Source: Rubripirellula sp.
Lineage (GTDB): Bacteria; Planctomycetota; Planctomycetia; Pirellulales; Pirellulaceae
DNA: 64,000 nt
Direction: 5' to 3'
Assembly: GCA_965222745.1 (NCBI GenBank)
Contig: CBDCUW010000004.1
Location: forward strand, 686,041 to 750,040
Part shown: positions 28,202 through 38,625 of the stretch, in pieces
Numbering within the stretch: position 1 is the stretch's first letter
Layout of the letters: each line of letters starts with the position of its first letter
Notes under the pieces: model-generated
What the model saw: only the letters and a program-made list of their open reading frames with translations
The model's database searches: none
Told to the model about the DNA's origin: nothing
Program-made: the position numbers and the translations under genes

Positions 28202-28648
28202 TTAGTCCATCCGAACACCCACCGTCAGCAAAATATTCGCATAACGCTGTTGGTCGGCAGTTTGTATCGTGAGGACGTGATCATCGGTGCTGACCGCCTC
28301 GTAGAACGCCCATTTGTCGATCGGTTGAAGCTGCAAGTCAAGGTTTGCATCCTTGATGGTTCGGCGATAGTCGTCCCAGACGGGTGGGTCACCATCCAAC
28401 GCGTAGGGGCCGCTTGTTTCGGTTTCCATCGTTTGGATCGCTTCGACTGGCACGGCGGAAAGGACCGCTTCGAGCACCTGGTTGCAAGTGGGGATGCCAG
28501 GCATCAAATTCAAACTGATCAGCTCGGCCCGGGGCCCTCGTTTGCTGGCGGCGGGGTAGTTTCCATCGGCGATCAGCACCGTGCTGTGGTGTCCGGCTGC
28601 GGCCAATACGGCACTGATCTGCGGGTGAATGAGTTTGTGACGAAGCAT
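28202..28648 (-). CDS. RbsD/FucU-family sugar mutarotase/transport protein
   Basis: Start set at the internal MLRHKLIHPQISAVLAAAGHHSTVLIADGNYP, which matches the RbsD/FucU N-terminus (L.s.Ls.vLa.lGH.D.ivIaDAg.P). Confidence 0.55.
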   Translation of the reverse strand: MLRHKLIHPQISAVLAAAGHHSTVLIADGNYPAASKRGPRAELISLNLMPGIPTCNQVLEAVLSAVPVEAIQTMETETSGPYALDGDPPVWDDYRRTIKDANLDLQLQPIDKWAFYEAVSTDDHVLTIQTADQQRYANILLTVGVRMD

Positions 28649-28838
28649 GTGGCAGGTTCTCGCGGGAAAGGGGCGCGGTGCAATTTGACGGTTTCCGATA
28701 GGATGCAGCATCAAGCCAGCGAATCCCGACCCATTGTTACATTTTGACGGAACGATACGAAGGTGGGTTCCCGACAGCCAGTAGCAAGCAATGATGTGAT
28801 AGGAAAACGGACTTGACGGAAAACCCACTCGGCACACC

Positions 28839-30014
28839 ATGCTAGATCGACGACTGAAAATCGGCACTTTTCTGGGCATTGGGCTGTACGTCCACTGGAC
28901 CTTTGCCCTGTTGATCGGCTTCTTTGCCTACCAGGCTAGCGGTCAGGGAATCGTTGCAGTCGCGTTCAGCGTCGCGATCGTGCTAGGCGTTTTCTTCTGC
29001 GTTACCCTGCATGAATATGGTCACGCGTTGGCGGCACGACGATTTGGCATTCCCACCATCGATATCACGCTGCTTCCCATTGGCGGCGTGGCGCGGCTTC
29101 AGCGAATGCCGCGAATCCCTTGGCAGGAACTGGTGGTTGCCGTCGCCGGTCCCGCCGTCAACGTGGTGATCGCGTCGCTGCTTGCGCTCGGATTCATCGT
29201 CGTCGGTGGCGTCAAGATGTTCATGGGCGCCTCGTTGGAAGCCGAAGCTGCCGTGGCGGGCAGTTCCATGTTCGGCAGGCCATCGTTTGAGCAGTTTGCT
29301 TTCTACATGATGTTGGTCAACGCCACGTTGGTGTTGTTCAACATGATTCCCGCCTTTCCGATGGATGGGGGACGAGTCTTTCGAAGCATCATGGCGATGC
29401 TGATCGACTACCGAAAAGCGACCGTGCTGGCCTCTCGCGTGGGTGTGGTTTGCGCAGCACTGATGGTGGTGGCGGTGTTGGCATCTGGAAACCCCAATCC
29501 AATTCCGATTTTGATCGCCGTCTTCATCGCCTTTGCGGGAATCGCCGAAGCGCGGCAGGTGGAAGTGATGGAGTCGGTAAGAGGTCTGACCGTCCGGCAA
29601 GTGATGGTGAGGTCGCATGAATCGTTGCCGATGGACATGCCGCTGTTTGAGATCGTGCGGCGGTGGCAGATGACTGGGGCGAAAGCGATTCCGGTTGTGT
29701 CGGTTGCAGGGACGGTGGTCGGGATGCTGCGATTGCAAGATGTCTGCGGCGCGATCGCCAGCGGCAAGAATTCGCTGACCACGGCCGGTCAGCTGATCGA
29801 CCACGAGGAAACGGACCATCCGGTCGGGTTGGAGGATGACCTGGAGTCGGTGGTGCTGCAGGTGGGACATCGCGGCCGGCAACTGGCGGTGGTCGATGCC
29901 AACGGACATTTGGCCGGCATTTTGGACCTTGATTCGATGCTGCTGCGTGGTCGTCTGCCGAGCGACCTTGATGAGGCGACTATTCCGAACGATCGATTCA
30001 ACGCGATCAGCTAG
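28839..30014 (+). CDS. Site-2 protease family (M50) zinc metalloprotease with tandem CBS domains
   Basis: HEYGHALAARRFG is the HExxH motif in a TM context. The C-terminal region is CBS-like. Confidence 0.75.
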   Translation: MLDRRLKIGTFLGIGLYVHWTFALLIGFFAYQASGQGIVAVAFSVAIVLGVFFCVTLHEYGHALAARRFGIPTIDITLLPIGGVARLQRMPRIPWQELVVAVAGPAVNVVIASLLALGFIVVGGVKMFMGASLEAEAAVAGSSMFGRPSFEQFAFYMMLVNATLVLFNMIPAFPMDGGRVFRSIMAMLIDYRKATVLASRVGVVCAALMVVAVLASGNPNPIPILIAVFIAFAGIAEARQVEVMESVRGLTVRQVMVRSHESLPMDMPLFEIVRRWQMTGAKAIPVVSVAGTVVGMLRLQDVCGAIASGKNSLTTAGQLIDHEETDHPVGLEDDLESVVLQVGHRGRQLAVVDANGHLAGILDLDSMLLRGRLPSDLDEATIPNDRFNAIS

Positions 30015-30098
30015 CCCGGTCGGGAAAGTTGGCCGCGATTTCCCGGACCCTGGCTCCGACCCCGATCGTAAACGTGAGCTACGTTCTGGTAGGACACG

Positions 30099-30938
30099 TT
30101 GTTCTTTCTAGAAAAAACGGATTTGTGGCATGGGAAAGCGCCCCGCATGGGGGAGAAAATTCGCCATGCTATTACCTTGGACGAGCCTTCCTTTCTCCCT
30201 CTCGATGCAGTGGCCGGCGGATCGGTGCCAGAATCACTCCTTCAAATCGCCGAACGAATGTTTGTCGGTCCGTTGTGGCCGGCATCGATTCTCGTTTGCC
30301 TGCTGGTGCTGTACACGCTCATTGCGCTGATCGGTTTGGTCGACTTCGGGTTCGATGTGCCCGACCTTGATCTTGATGTCGATCCGGGGGTGGACCTGGA
30401 TGTTGATTTGGGGGTGGATGCTCCCGACGTGGACGCCGGGGCGCACGTCAACGCTGATTTTCTGGGAGGCATTGCCGGGCTGACGGTTCGGTGGACCAAT
30501 TTTGGACGAGTCCCGATTGTTTTGTGGGGCGGGATCTTTTCGGTCGCGTTTTGGGCTGTGTCGTATTACCTGTGGCACACGTTCGATTCGCGAAAATACG
30601 ATCCCGTTTTATTACCCAGCGTGTTGCTATCGATCCGCAACCTGGTGATCGCCACCGGCATCACCAAAATGATCACGCAACCGATGCTGGGCCAGTTCAC
30701 TGAACCACCGTCGTACGATCAACATAAGTTGTTGGGTGCGACCTGCGAAATCTGTACCACCGAAGCGACGCCCGAATTTGGCCAAGCCAAGTTTCGCACC
30801 AACGCTTCACCGCTGCTGTTGAACGTCCGTACCGACGGACCTCACATCCCAAAGGGAACAGAAGTTCGCATCATTGGTTTCGATAAAGAAAAACGAATTT
30901 ACAAAGTCACTCATCTTCAACCGGAGACACAGTCGTGA
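30099..30938 (+). CDS. NfeD-like membrane protein (partner of flotillin)
   Basis: TM helices plus a C-terminal beta-barrel segment (GATCEICTTEATPEFGQAKFRTNASPLLLNVRTDGPHIPKGTEVRIIGFDKEKRIYKV) typical of the NfeD OB-fold. It lies immediately upstream of, and overlapping, the flotillin gene. Confidence 0.5.
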   Translation: MFFLEKTDLWHGKAPRMGEKIRHAITLDEPSFLPLDAVAGGSVPESLLQIAERMFVGPLWPASILVCLLVLYTLIALIGLVDFGFDVPDLDLDVDPGVDLDVDLGVDAPDVDAGAHVNADFLGGIAGLTVRWTNFGRVPIVLWGGIFSVAFWAVSYYLWHTFDSRKYDPVLLPSVLLSIRNLVIATGITKMITQPMLGQFTEPPSYDQHKLLGATCEICTTEATPEFGQAKFRTNASPLLLNVRTDGPHIPKGTEVRIIGFDKEKRIYKVTHLQPETQS

Positions 30939-33067
30939 CATCTGCTTTACCCATTGCGTTCATCGACCCAACCGGTGGACTGGCGATATTCCTGTACTTT
31001 CTTTTCGCGCTGGCGTTGCTGATCGTCGTGACGTTCAAGAAGTATTACATCGTGGTCGGCCCGGACAAGGCGATCGTCAAAACCGGGCTTGGCGGGCTGG
31101 ATGTCAAATCGGCTGGCGGCAAGTTCATCGTTCCGATGCTGCACCGGTTCGAGTACATGGATCTGACACTGAAGAGTTTCGAGATCAGCCGTCAAGGTAG
31201 CGAAGGATTGATTTGCCGCGACAACATTCGCGCCGACATCAAAGTGGCCTTCTTCATTCGCGTCGACAGCACCGACGAAGAAATGAAAGAAGTCGCTCAG
31301 TCCATTGGCGCACGTCGTTGCAGCGAAATCGATACGCTTCGCGAATTGTTCGACGCGAAGTTCTCCGAGGCGCTCAAGACGGTGGGCAAGCAGTTTGACT
31401 TTGTGGACTTGTACGATCAACGCGACAAGTTCAAAGATGAAATCTTGAAGGTCATCGGAACTGACTTGAACGGCTACCGGCTGGACGACGCCGCGATCGA
31501 CTACCTGGAACAGACGCCGCTGGAGCTGCTCAGCCCGTCGAACATCCTGGATGCCGAGGGGATCAAGAAGATCACCGAGTTGACCGCGGCCGAAAAGGTC
31601 AAGGAAAACCAGTTCACCCGCGACAAAGAAAAAACGCTGAAAAAGCAAGACGTCGAGGCTCAGGAAACCATCCTGGCGCTGGAACGGCAACGCGTCGAAG
31701 CGGTCGAAAAACAACAACGCGAAATCGCGGAAGTGTCCGCGCGTGAGCAGGCGGCTGCCGCAAAAGTGCAGGAAGAACAACGCCTGGAGTCCGAACGAGC
31801 TCGCATTCAAACCGAAGAAGAAATCGGGATTGCCGAAGAAAACAAAATGCGGCAGGTGTTGGTCGCCCAACGAAACAAGGAAAAAACCGACGCGGTCGAA
31901 TTGGAACGTGTTTCCCGCGATCGTGACCTGGAAATGACCGAACGCCTTCGCGTGGTCGGTGTCGCCGACGTGGAAAAAGAAAAGGCGATCGAAGTCGAAA
32001 AACGAAACATCCAGGAAGTGATTCGCGAACGAGTCGCCGTCGAACGAGCGGTGGTGGAAGAGGAAGAACGGATCAAGGATACCCACGAAATCGCGCAGGC
32101 CGAACGAACGAAGAAAGTTCAAGTCACCGCCGCCGAAATGAAGGCGCAAGAGGAACTGATTCGTCAAACCAAGCTGGCCCAGGCCGAGAAGGATGCCAGC
32201 GAGTTGCTGGCCGAAAAGGTCCGGATCGAGGCGGATGCCAAGAAGGATGCGGCGGAAAAAGAAACGGCAGCAACAAAGATGCTGGCCGAAGCCGAAGCTG
32301 CCAAGGCCGCCGCGACGGGGCTGGCCGAAGCAACCGTTCAAGAGGCCAAAGCCGTCAGCTTGGAAAAAGAAGGCGCCGCCGAAGCGACCGTGCTGCAAAA
32401 GCAAATGACCGCCGAAGCCAAGGGAATCGAGGCCAAAGCCGAAGCGATCGAGAAACAAGGGCTGGCCGAAGCGAACGTGACCCGCGAAAAGTATCACAGC
32501 GAGGCGACCGGAATTACCGAGAAAGCCGAAGCGATGAAACAGCTGGACAGCGTCGGCAAAGAACACGAAGAGTTCAAGCTGAGCCTGCAGAAGGAAAAGG
32601 ATGTCGAAATCGCCGCGATCGATGCTCAGCGCGGTATCGCCGAAAGCCAGGCTGGCGTGGTGGGCGACGCATTGAAGGCGGCGAGAATCGATATCGTCGG
32701 CGGCGACGGCGAGTTCTTTGATCAGATCACTTCGGCCGTCAAGGGCGGAAAGGCGATCGACCGATTCGTCTACAACTCGAAGGTCGCCACCGACATCAAA
32801 GACACTTTCTTTGACGGTAACGCCGAGTACTTCCGTGACCAGCTGACCGAACTGATTCAGCAGTTCAACTTGGACACCGACGGCGTGAAAGACCTGTCGA
32901 TCGCAGCGCTGATCGCAAAAATGATGGGAATGGCCAGCACCGATGACGTTCGCAGTCAGCTGACCAGCCTGTTGTCGGTGGCTGGAACTGCCAACGTTGC
33001 CGACCAGAAGGCGGGCCGATTACTGGCCGCCACGGCGCCGGCGGCAAGCAACGGCAAGAAGAGTTAG
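30935..33067 (+). CDS. Flotillin / SPFH (band-7) family protein with long E/A/K-rich coiled coil
   Basis: N-terminal TM helix and SPFH core (KAIVKTGLGG...FIVPMLHRFEYMDLTLKSFEISRQGSEGLICRDNIRADIKVAFFIRV). A ~350-aa coiled-coil EA repeat follows. Confidence 0.85.
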   Translation: MTSALPIAFIDPTGGLAIFLYFLFALALLIVVTFKKYYIVVGPDKAIVKTGLGGLDVKSAGGKFIVPMLHRFEYMDLTLKSFEISRQGSEGLICRDNIRADIKVAFFIRVDSTDEEMKEVAQSIGARRCSEIDTLRELFDAKFSEALKTVGKQFDFVDLYDQRDKFKDEILKVIGTDLNGYRLDDAAIDYLEQTPLELLSPSNILDAEGIKKITELTAAEKVKENQFTRDKEKTLKKQDVEAQETILALERQRVEAVEKQQREIAEVSAREQAAAAKVQEEQRLESERARIQTEEEIGIAEENKMRQVLVAQRNKEKTDAVELERVSRDRDLEMTERLRVVGVADVEKEKAIEVEKRNIQEVIRERVAVERAVVEEEERIKDTHEIAQAERTKKVQVTAAEMKAQEELIRQTKLAQAEKDASELLAEKVRIEADAKKDAAEKETAATKMLAEAEAAKAAATGLAEATVQEAKAVSLEKEGAAEATVLQKQMTAEAKGIEAKAEAIEKQGLAEANVTREKYHSEATGITEKAEAMKQLDSVGKEHEEFKLSLQKEKDVEIAAIDAQRGIAESQAGVVGDALKAARIDIVGGDGEFFDQITSAVKGGKAIDRFVYNSKVATDIKDTFFDGNAEYFRDQLTELIQQFNLDTDGVKDLSIAALIAKMMGMASTDDVRSQLTSLLSVAGTANVADQKAGRLLAATAPAASNGKKS

Positions 33068-33164
33068 GCGGGACATGTTGTCGGGGAAAGCCGCGCCAAC
33101 GGCGCGGCATTGCCCTCGGCTTGAGAATGAAACTCAAACCACACTTCACCCGCCGCCACCTGTC

Positions 33165-36100
33165 ATGTCAGAAACCCAGCTTGCTGCCGGAACTTACGAA
33201 GTTCTTCGCAATCGATTGCGGGACGCATCGTCCGATCTGCGCCAGCGGCTGGCAAAGCTGAATGACGCGCGCGCCGAGGTCTTCGGCAACATCGAAACGT
33301 CGTTGATCTCGACCGAACGGGTGACGACCGACCACAACTGCGTGCCCCGCGACCTGGTTTCGATCGGCGACCAATTCCTGTTCGGTTACAACGTCCAATT
33401 CGGCCTGAAAACCGATATCGCACTCGCCGACGTCTTTTCGGTCTATCGATTCGCCGATCACCAGTTTCATGCCGCGTCGTTGGACCTGATCGGTGACGAA
33501 CGGTTTGACAGCGATTTTCACGAGCTGTATCGGTTCTACAAGGACACCACTTTTTCGCGGTTCTTTCGCGCCGGACCGATGTTGCACATGGTGTTTCAGG
33601 TCGGCAAGACCACCCGCGACATCAAGTCCTTCAAGTGGCGCGTTACTCCCGACCATATCGAGTATCTGGACAATCGCAGCGAACACGAGGTGCGCGATCC
33701 GCCGCAGCACGAGTTCCGCTGGGCCCGTACCACGCGCGACCAGCATCACTACGGTAAGCATCCGCACATTTCGATCGAAGATCGCGTGTTTGTGGAAACC
33801 GTTGGCGGTGATCTGACGGTCAAGGTCGAAAACAACACCGAAACCGGCGAAGGAATCTACTCCGAACCGGTCGATCATACCGATCAAACTCTCGATGATG
33901 CCGAAATCCACTATGCCGTGGTCGGAAACCTGGTGTTGTTGAAGATCAAGCCGTACCAGGAAGATGGCACGCGCTACCTGGTCTTCAACGGCAAGATCGA
34001 ACAGGCGATGCGGCTGGACGAAATCAAACACTCCTGCGTGATGTTGCCGGGAGATCATGGATTGATTTTTCCGGGCGGCTATTACCTGCAGACCGGCGAA
34101 TTCAAGCGATTCGACCACGGGCTGAGCGACATGCGTTATCAGCGCACGATTGCCTCGCCCAACGGCGAAGACTACTTGTACATTTTCTACAACCACGAAT
34201 CAGGAACCTACATTCAGCTGCTGTACAACCTGATTCGTCAAACGGTGGAAACGCCGCTGGTCTGTCATGGGCAGACACTCTTTGAGCGGGGCGAGATGGT
34301 TTGTTTTCGCGGCCAGGATGACCCGCAGAAACATCATGCCATTCAGATCTGGCAGACGCCCTTCACCAGCGCAAATTACGTGCCGGAAAACCAAACCGAT
34401 TCTCTGCTGTTCAAAATCGGCAACAAAGAAATCGTTCGCGGCATGGCCGAATGCAGTGAACTGCTGCAGCTGATCGAAAAAGATGATAGCTACGAGGGTC
34501 TGTATCTGGACCTGGTCAAGAAATCGTCCGACGTCTTGGATAGCTATTTCTGGATCGACAAAGAGGAAACGCTGCACCTTGCCGATCCGCTGCGAAAGAT
34601 TCGCGACGCGGCAACTGCGGCGGTCGAAGAGTTTGACAAGGTCGTGCGTGTTCGGCGCGATACAAGCGCGCGGACCAAAGAGGTGCAGCAAGCGATCGAA
34701 TCGCTGATCAAATCGATCGAACGGAGCCGGTTTGAATCGATCGACGATTTCGTTTCGTCCCTGGCGCAGCTTCGCGAGCAACGAGGCCATGCCCTGGGAC
34801 TAAAAGAACTGCGCTATGTCGACGAGTCGATTGTTCAGCAGCTGGAAGAGGTCACGGCGGAGCGGAGCCAAAGACTAAGCCGGCGCTGTGTCGACTTTCT
34901 GCTGACGCCCGGTTCTTTGGACCCGTATGTGCAACGCGTGCAGGAGGCTGGTGACCAGGTCGGCGTTGTGACGACCGTTGCCGAAGCGAAAAAACTGGAG
35001 GAAGAAATCGACGCCGGCGCTTCGCAGCTGGAACTGCTGACCGAGACGGTTAGCAATTTGAAAATCGACGACGCCACCAAGCGAACGGAAATCATCGACG
35101 CCATCGGCAACGTCTACGCATCGCTCAATCGGGTGAGAAGCTCGCTAAAAGCCCGCGTTGGCGAGTTGATCAGTGTCGAGGGAAAAGCCGAGTTTGCTTC
35201 GCAGTTGAAGCTGCTGGAACAAACCACGTCGGGTTACCTGGACGTCTGCGATTCGCCCGAAAAGTGTGACGAGTATCTGACCAAGGTGATGGTCCAGTTG
35301 GAGGAACTGGAGGGTCGGTTCGCGGAGTTTGACGAATTCGTTGTCGAATTGGCACAGCGCCGTGACGATGTCTATGCGGCTTTCGAATCTCGCAAGGTGC
35401 AACTGGTCGAAAAGCGAAATCGCCGCGCCGAATCACTCGCTGCGGCAGCCGACCGAATTTTGAAAGGGATCGATTCGCGGATTCGCAAGATGGAATCGAC
35501 CGACGAGATCGCCGCCTATTTTGCGGGCGATTTGATGGTCGAAAAGGTGCGCGACATCATCGATTCGCTCGGCCAGCTCGATGACGCCGTCCGCGTGGAA
35601 GACCTGCAGAGCCGGATGAAGACGATTCGCGAGGATGCGACGCGGCAGCTGAAAGACCGCCAAGATCTTTATGAAGAGGGCGGCGACGTGATTCGTCTGG
35701 GCAGCCAGCGATTTGCCGTCAACACCCAGCCGCTCGATTTGACCACCGTGCTTCGCAACAGCCAACTTTGTCTCCATTTGACTGGCACTCAGTTTTTCGA
35801 GCCGCTTGCCCATGAAGAGTTGATCGCCGCCAAGGACCTGTGGAATCAGGAACTGGTTAGCGAGAATACCGATGTCTATCGTGCCGAATACCTCGCCGTG
35901 GACTTGTTCAATCAGCTCAAATCGTCCGAAGGCTATTCGGCAACGCCCGTTGAACTGTCTTGGGTTCAAGAACAGATGGGCGGCAGGTTTGACGAAGGAT
36001 ATGCCAAGGGAGTTCACGATCATGATGCCGCCGAAATTTTGAATGGCTTGATCCAGCTGGACGGATCGATCGGGTTGCTTCGGCACGGTCCGACAGTTCG

Positions 36101-38417
36101 CGCCGCCGGGCTGCTTTGGTTCTACAAATTGCTGGATGCGAAAAACCGCAAAGCGATGACCGACTGGATGGGCGGATTCGCAAAACTCGCCAAGGCTTAC
36201 CCCGCGGCCCGCCCGGCAGTGGAGTTTCGTCAACGGCTGGCCGTTTTGGCGGAGGCCGATCGGGAAAGGTGGGGGCCGCTGTTCGCGGGCGATACCAAGC
36301 CGGAACGAATCGCCGACTATTTGTTTGACGAACTGACCCACGGGCCCAGGAAGCCAATCGTCAGCGGCCGCGCCGCCAACCTGTTTGCGGAATTCACGGC
36401 CGCTGTGCCGGAGGCCGAACGGGAAAAGCTGTTGACCGCCGCGATCAAAACGACCGAATCGGACGCCGTTCGCGCATTCATTCTGGCTCGAAACTGGGCC
36501 GACGCGTTCCTGCAAACCCATGCCAAGGCTGACGACGCCGACCCCGCCAGCGAACATCTGGACGAATTGGCCTGGTTGGTCATGGTCGGCGGTCCGGGGT
36601 CGATGCGAGTCGTCGACGCACCGGTCGCCCTGCACGTCGAAAACCTAGCCGGCAACCACTCGCGAATCAGCAAGGGCGCCGCACCAGTTCACTATCACGA
36701 GTTGCTGCGCCGCGTGCGCCGTTATCACGACCAGGTGGTGCCCCGTTTTCGCCGGCTGCACGAAACCAAAACACGTGTCGTTGACGAAGGTCGTCAGGAA
36801 ATGCGGCTGGACGAGTTCAAACCTCGTGTGCTGACCAGCTTTGTTCGTAACCAATTGCTGGATGAGGTCTACTTGCCGCTGATTGGTGACAACCTGGCCA
36901 AGCAAATGGGATCGGCGGGCGAGGACAAACGAACCGACCGAATGGGGCTGTTGTTGTTGATTTCGCCGCCCGGTTACGGCAAGACGACGTTGATGGAATA
37001 CATCGCCAACCGGTTGGGCATTGTGTTCATGAAGATCAATGGTCCGGCCATCGGCCACGGCGTCACCTCGCTGGATCCGGCCGAGGCGCCCAATGCGGCG
37101 GCGCGCGAAGAGATCGAACGATTGAACCTGGCCCTGGAAATGGGCGACAACGTGATGCTGTATTTGGACGACATCCAGCACACCAACCCGGAATTGCTAC
37201 AGAAGTTCATTTCGCTGTGTGACGCCACGCGAAAGATCGAGGGTGTCCGCAATGGACGCACGCGAACTTACGACTTGCGTGGCAGGCGAGTGGCTGTCGT
37301 GATGGCGGGCAATCCGTATACCGAAAGTGGCGAGCGTTTTCAGATTCCCGACATGCTTTCCAACCGCGCCGATGTCTACAATTTGGGCGAAATCATCGGC
37401 GACTCGGAAGATGCTTTCGAGATGAGCTACCTGGAAAACTGCTTGACCAGCAATCGCACACTGGCTCCCCTTTCCACCGCCGCGCCCGAAGACGCACGGG
37501 CGATCATTCGTGCCGCCGCGCGCGACTCGCTGGAGGGAATCGAGCTGCAAAGTAACCTGTCGATGGATCAGGTTCGCGAAATGTTCGAGGTGATGCGAAA
37601 ACTGTTGCGGGTCCGCGATGTGGTGCTGCGAGTCAACCGCGCCTACATTCGCAGTGCGGCTCAAGCTGATGCTTACCGCACCGAGCCGCCCTTCAAGTTG
37701 CAGGGCAGCTATCGAAACATGAATCGGATCGCCGAACGCGTCGCCGGCGTGATGAACGAATCCGAATTGCAAACGCTGATCATCAGCAGCTACGAACAGG
37801 ATTCGCAAACGCTGACGACCGACAACGAAGCGAACTTGCTGAAGTTCAAGGAAATCATGGGAATCCTGACGCCCGAAGAAAAGGAACGTTGGGATTCGAT
37901 CAAGTACGCTTTTGTGGAAAGTGTCCGGATGTCGGGGCTGGACAGCGAAGATCAGGCGGGACAACTGATGCGCCAGCTGGCTTCGATGCGCGACGGCCTG
38001 GAGTCGATTCGGGCGGTGATTTCGCGAGCGATTGCGGCCAGCGGTGACGGCGCGGAAGAGAGAATGGACGCCCGCATCGATTCGATTCGCCACACGCTGT
38101 CAGCTTCGGGAGCACAACTGGCCGAGACACTCAACGCCACCAGCCAGCAGTTGGAGAAAATCACCGAGCAACAAATCCTTCAGCCGCCTGACCAGAAGGT
38201 ATTCGTTCAGCACAAAGTCCCCCGCGTCCTGGCCGACCTGGTGAAGGGACAATTCCATCTGATGCAAGAGTGGTTGCGGCCGATCCTGAGCGAATCGATC
38301 GACAACGGCCGAGACCTGGAGCGGTTGAAAACACAGCTCGAAGCAATGCTGGAAAACTACCAGCAAGTCGAAACCTCCTTCCAATCCGCCGACACGTCCG
38401 ACAAACCGCAATCCTAA
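33165..38417 (+). CDS. Giant (~1750 aa) hypothetical protein with C-terminal MoxR/AAA_5-like AAA+ ATPase domain
   Basis: The C-terminal region has Walker A LLLISPPGYGKTTLMEYIA and Walker B/sensor VMLYLDDIQHTNPELLQKF...VAVVMAGNPYTESGERF (MoxR/dynein-like). The N-terminal 1200 aa is largely coiled coil or unknown. Start set at the internal Met MSETQLAAG, 97 bp after the flotillin stop. Confidence 0.55.
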   Translation: MSETQLAAGTYEVLRNRLRDASSDLRQRLAKLNDARAEVFGNIETSLISTERVTTDHNCVPRDLVSIGDQFLFGYNVQFGLKTDIALADVFSVYRFADHQFHAASLDLIGDERFDSDFHELYRFYKDTTFSRFFRAGPMLHMVFQVGKTTRDIKSFKWRVTPDHIEYLDNRSEHEVRDPPQHEFRWARTTRDQHHYGKHPHISIEDRVFVETVGGDLTVKVENNTETGEGIYSEPVDHTDQTLDDAEIHYAVVGNLVLLKIKPYQEDGTRYLVFNGKIEQAMRLDEIKHSCVMLPGDHGLIFPGGYYLQTGEFKRFDHGLSDMRYQRTIASPNGEDYLYIFYNHESGTYIQLLYNLIRQTVETPLVCHGQTLFERGEMVCFRGQDDPQKHHAIQIWQTPFTSANYVPENQTDSLLFKIGNKEIVRGMAECSELLQLIEKDDSYEGLYLDLVKKSSDVLDSYFWIDKEETLHLADPLRKIRDAATAAVEEFDKVVRVRRDTSARTKEVQQAIESLIKSIERSRFESIDDFVSSLAQLREQRGHALGLKELRYVDESIVQQLEEVTAERSQRLSRRCVDFLLTPGSLDPYVQRVQEAGDQVGVVTTVAEAKKLEEEIDAGASQLELLTETVSNLKIDDATKRTEIIDAIGNVYASLNRVRSSLKARVGELISVEGKAEFASQLKLLEQTTSGYLDVCDSPEKCDEYLTKVMVQLEELEGRFAEFDEFVVELAQRRDDVYAAFESRKVQLVEKRNRRAESLAAAADRILKGIDSRIRKMESTDEIAAYFAGDLMVEKVRDIIDSLGQLDDAVRVEDLQSRMKTIREDATRQLKDRQDLYEEGGDVIRLGSQRFAVNTQPLDLTTVLRNSQLCLHLTGTQFFEPLAHEELIAAKDLWNQELVSENTDVYRAEYLAVDLFNQLKSSEGYSATPVELSWVQEQMGGRFDEGYAKGVHDHDAAEILNGLIQLDGSIGLLRHGPTVRAAGLLWFYKLLDAKNRKAMTDWMGGFAKLAKAYPAARPAVEFRQRLAVLAEADRERWGPLFAGDTKPERIADYLFDELTHGPRKPIVSGRAANLFAEFTAAVPEAEREKLLTAAIKTTESDAVRAFILARNWADAFLQTHAKADDADPASEHLDELAWLVMVGGPGSMRVVDAPVALHVENLAGNHSRISKGAAPVHYHELLRRVRRYHDQVVPRFRRLHETKTRVVDEGRQEMRLDEFKPRVLTSFVRNQLLDEVYLPLIGDNLAKQMGSAGEDKRTDRMGLLLLISPPGYGKTTLMEYIANRLGIVFMKINGPAIGHGVTSLDPAEAPNAAAREEIERLNLALEMGDNVMLYLDDIQHTNPELLQKFISLCDATRKIEGVRNGRTRTYDLRGRRVAVVMAGNPYTESGERFQIPDMLSNRADVYNLGEIIGDSEDAFEMSYLENCLTSNRTLAPLSTAAPEDARAIIRAAARDSLEGIELQSNLSMDQVREMFEVMRKLLRVRDVVLRVNRAYIRSAAQADAYRTEPPFKLQGSYRNMNRIAERVAGVMNESELQTLIISSYEQDSQTLTTDNEANLLKFKEIMGILTPEEKERWDSIKYAFVESVRMSGLDSEDQAGQLMRQLASMRDGLESIRAVISRAIAASGDGAEERMDARIDSIRHTLSASGAQLAETLNATSQQLEKITEQQILQPPDQKVFVQHKVPRVLADLVKGQFHLMQEWLRPILSESIDNGRDLERLKTQLEAMLENYQQVETSFQSADTSDKPQS

Positions 38418-38625
38418 TTGGCTACGCGGCGTCGGTGATGACGACCGAGGCATGGTTCCGCGCACCTCACTTCGGTGGCCTCACCGAAGTGCTGAACGGA
38501 ATTTCACCCGCAACTTCTGTCGATGCATCCGAGGGGAGTTTACGAACGCAAGGACAGGAGCGACGAGGGTCTGTTTCATGTCCTTGCGATTTATGCCCGT
38601 CAATCTGTCCTAACGAGGCGCGAAT

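Noticed and set aside
30947-32566. 539-aa antisense ORF inside the flotillin gene, and similar long antisense ORFs inside the giant AAA+ gene (33168-34196, 35433-36635, 37197-38093)
   Set aside because: These are stop-poor antisense frames of GC-rich, codon-biased genes. The sense strands carry clear SPFH/AAA+ homology, and the antisense products are low-complexity.
33165-38417. Whether the giant AAA+ protein is a Cas or defence protein (e.g. a Cas10-like or Csm6-like nuclease)
   Set aside because: No GGDD, HEPN (Rx4-6H) or CARF motifs were seen, and it is separated from the cas genes by 8 kb of unrelated genes. It is kept as hypothetical.
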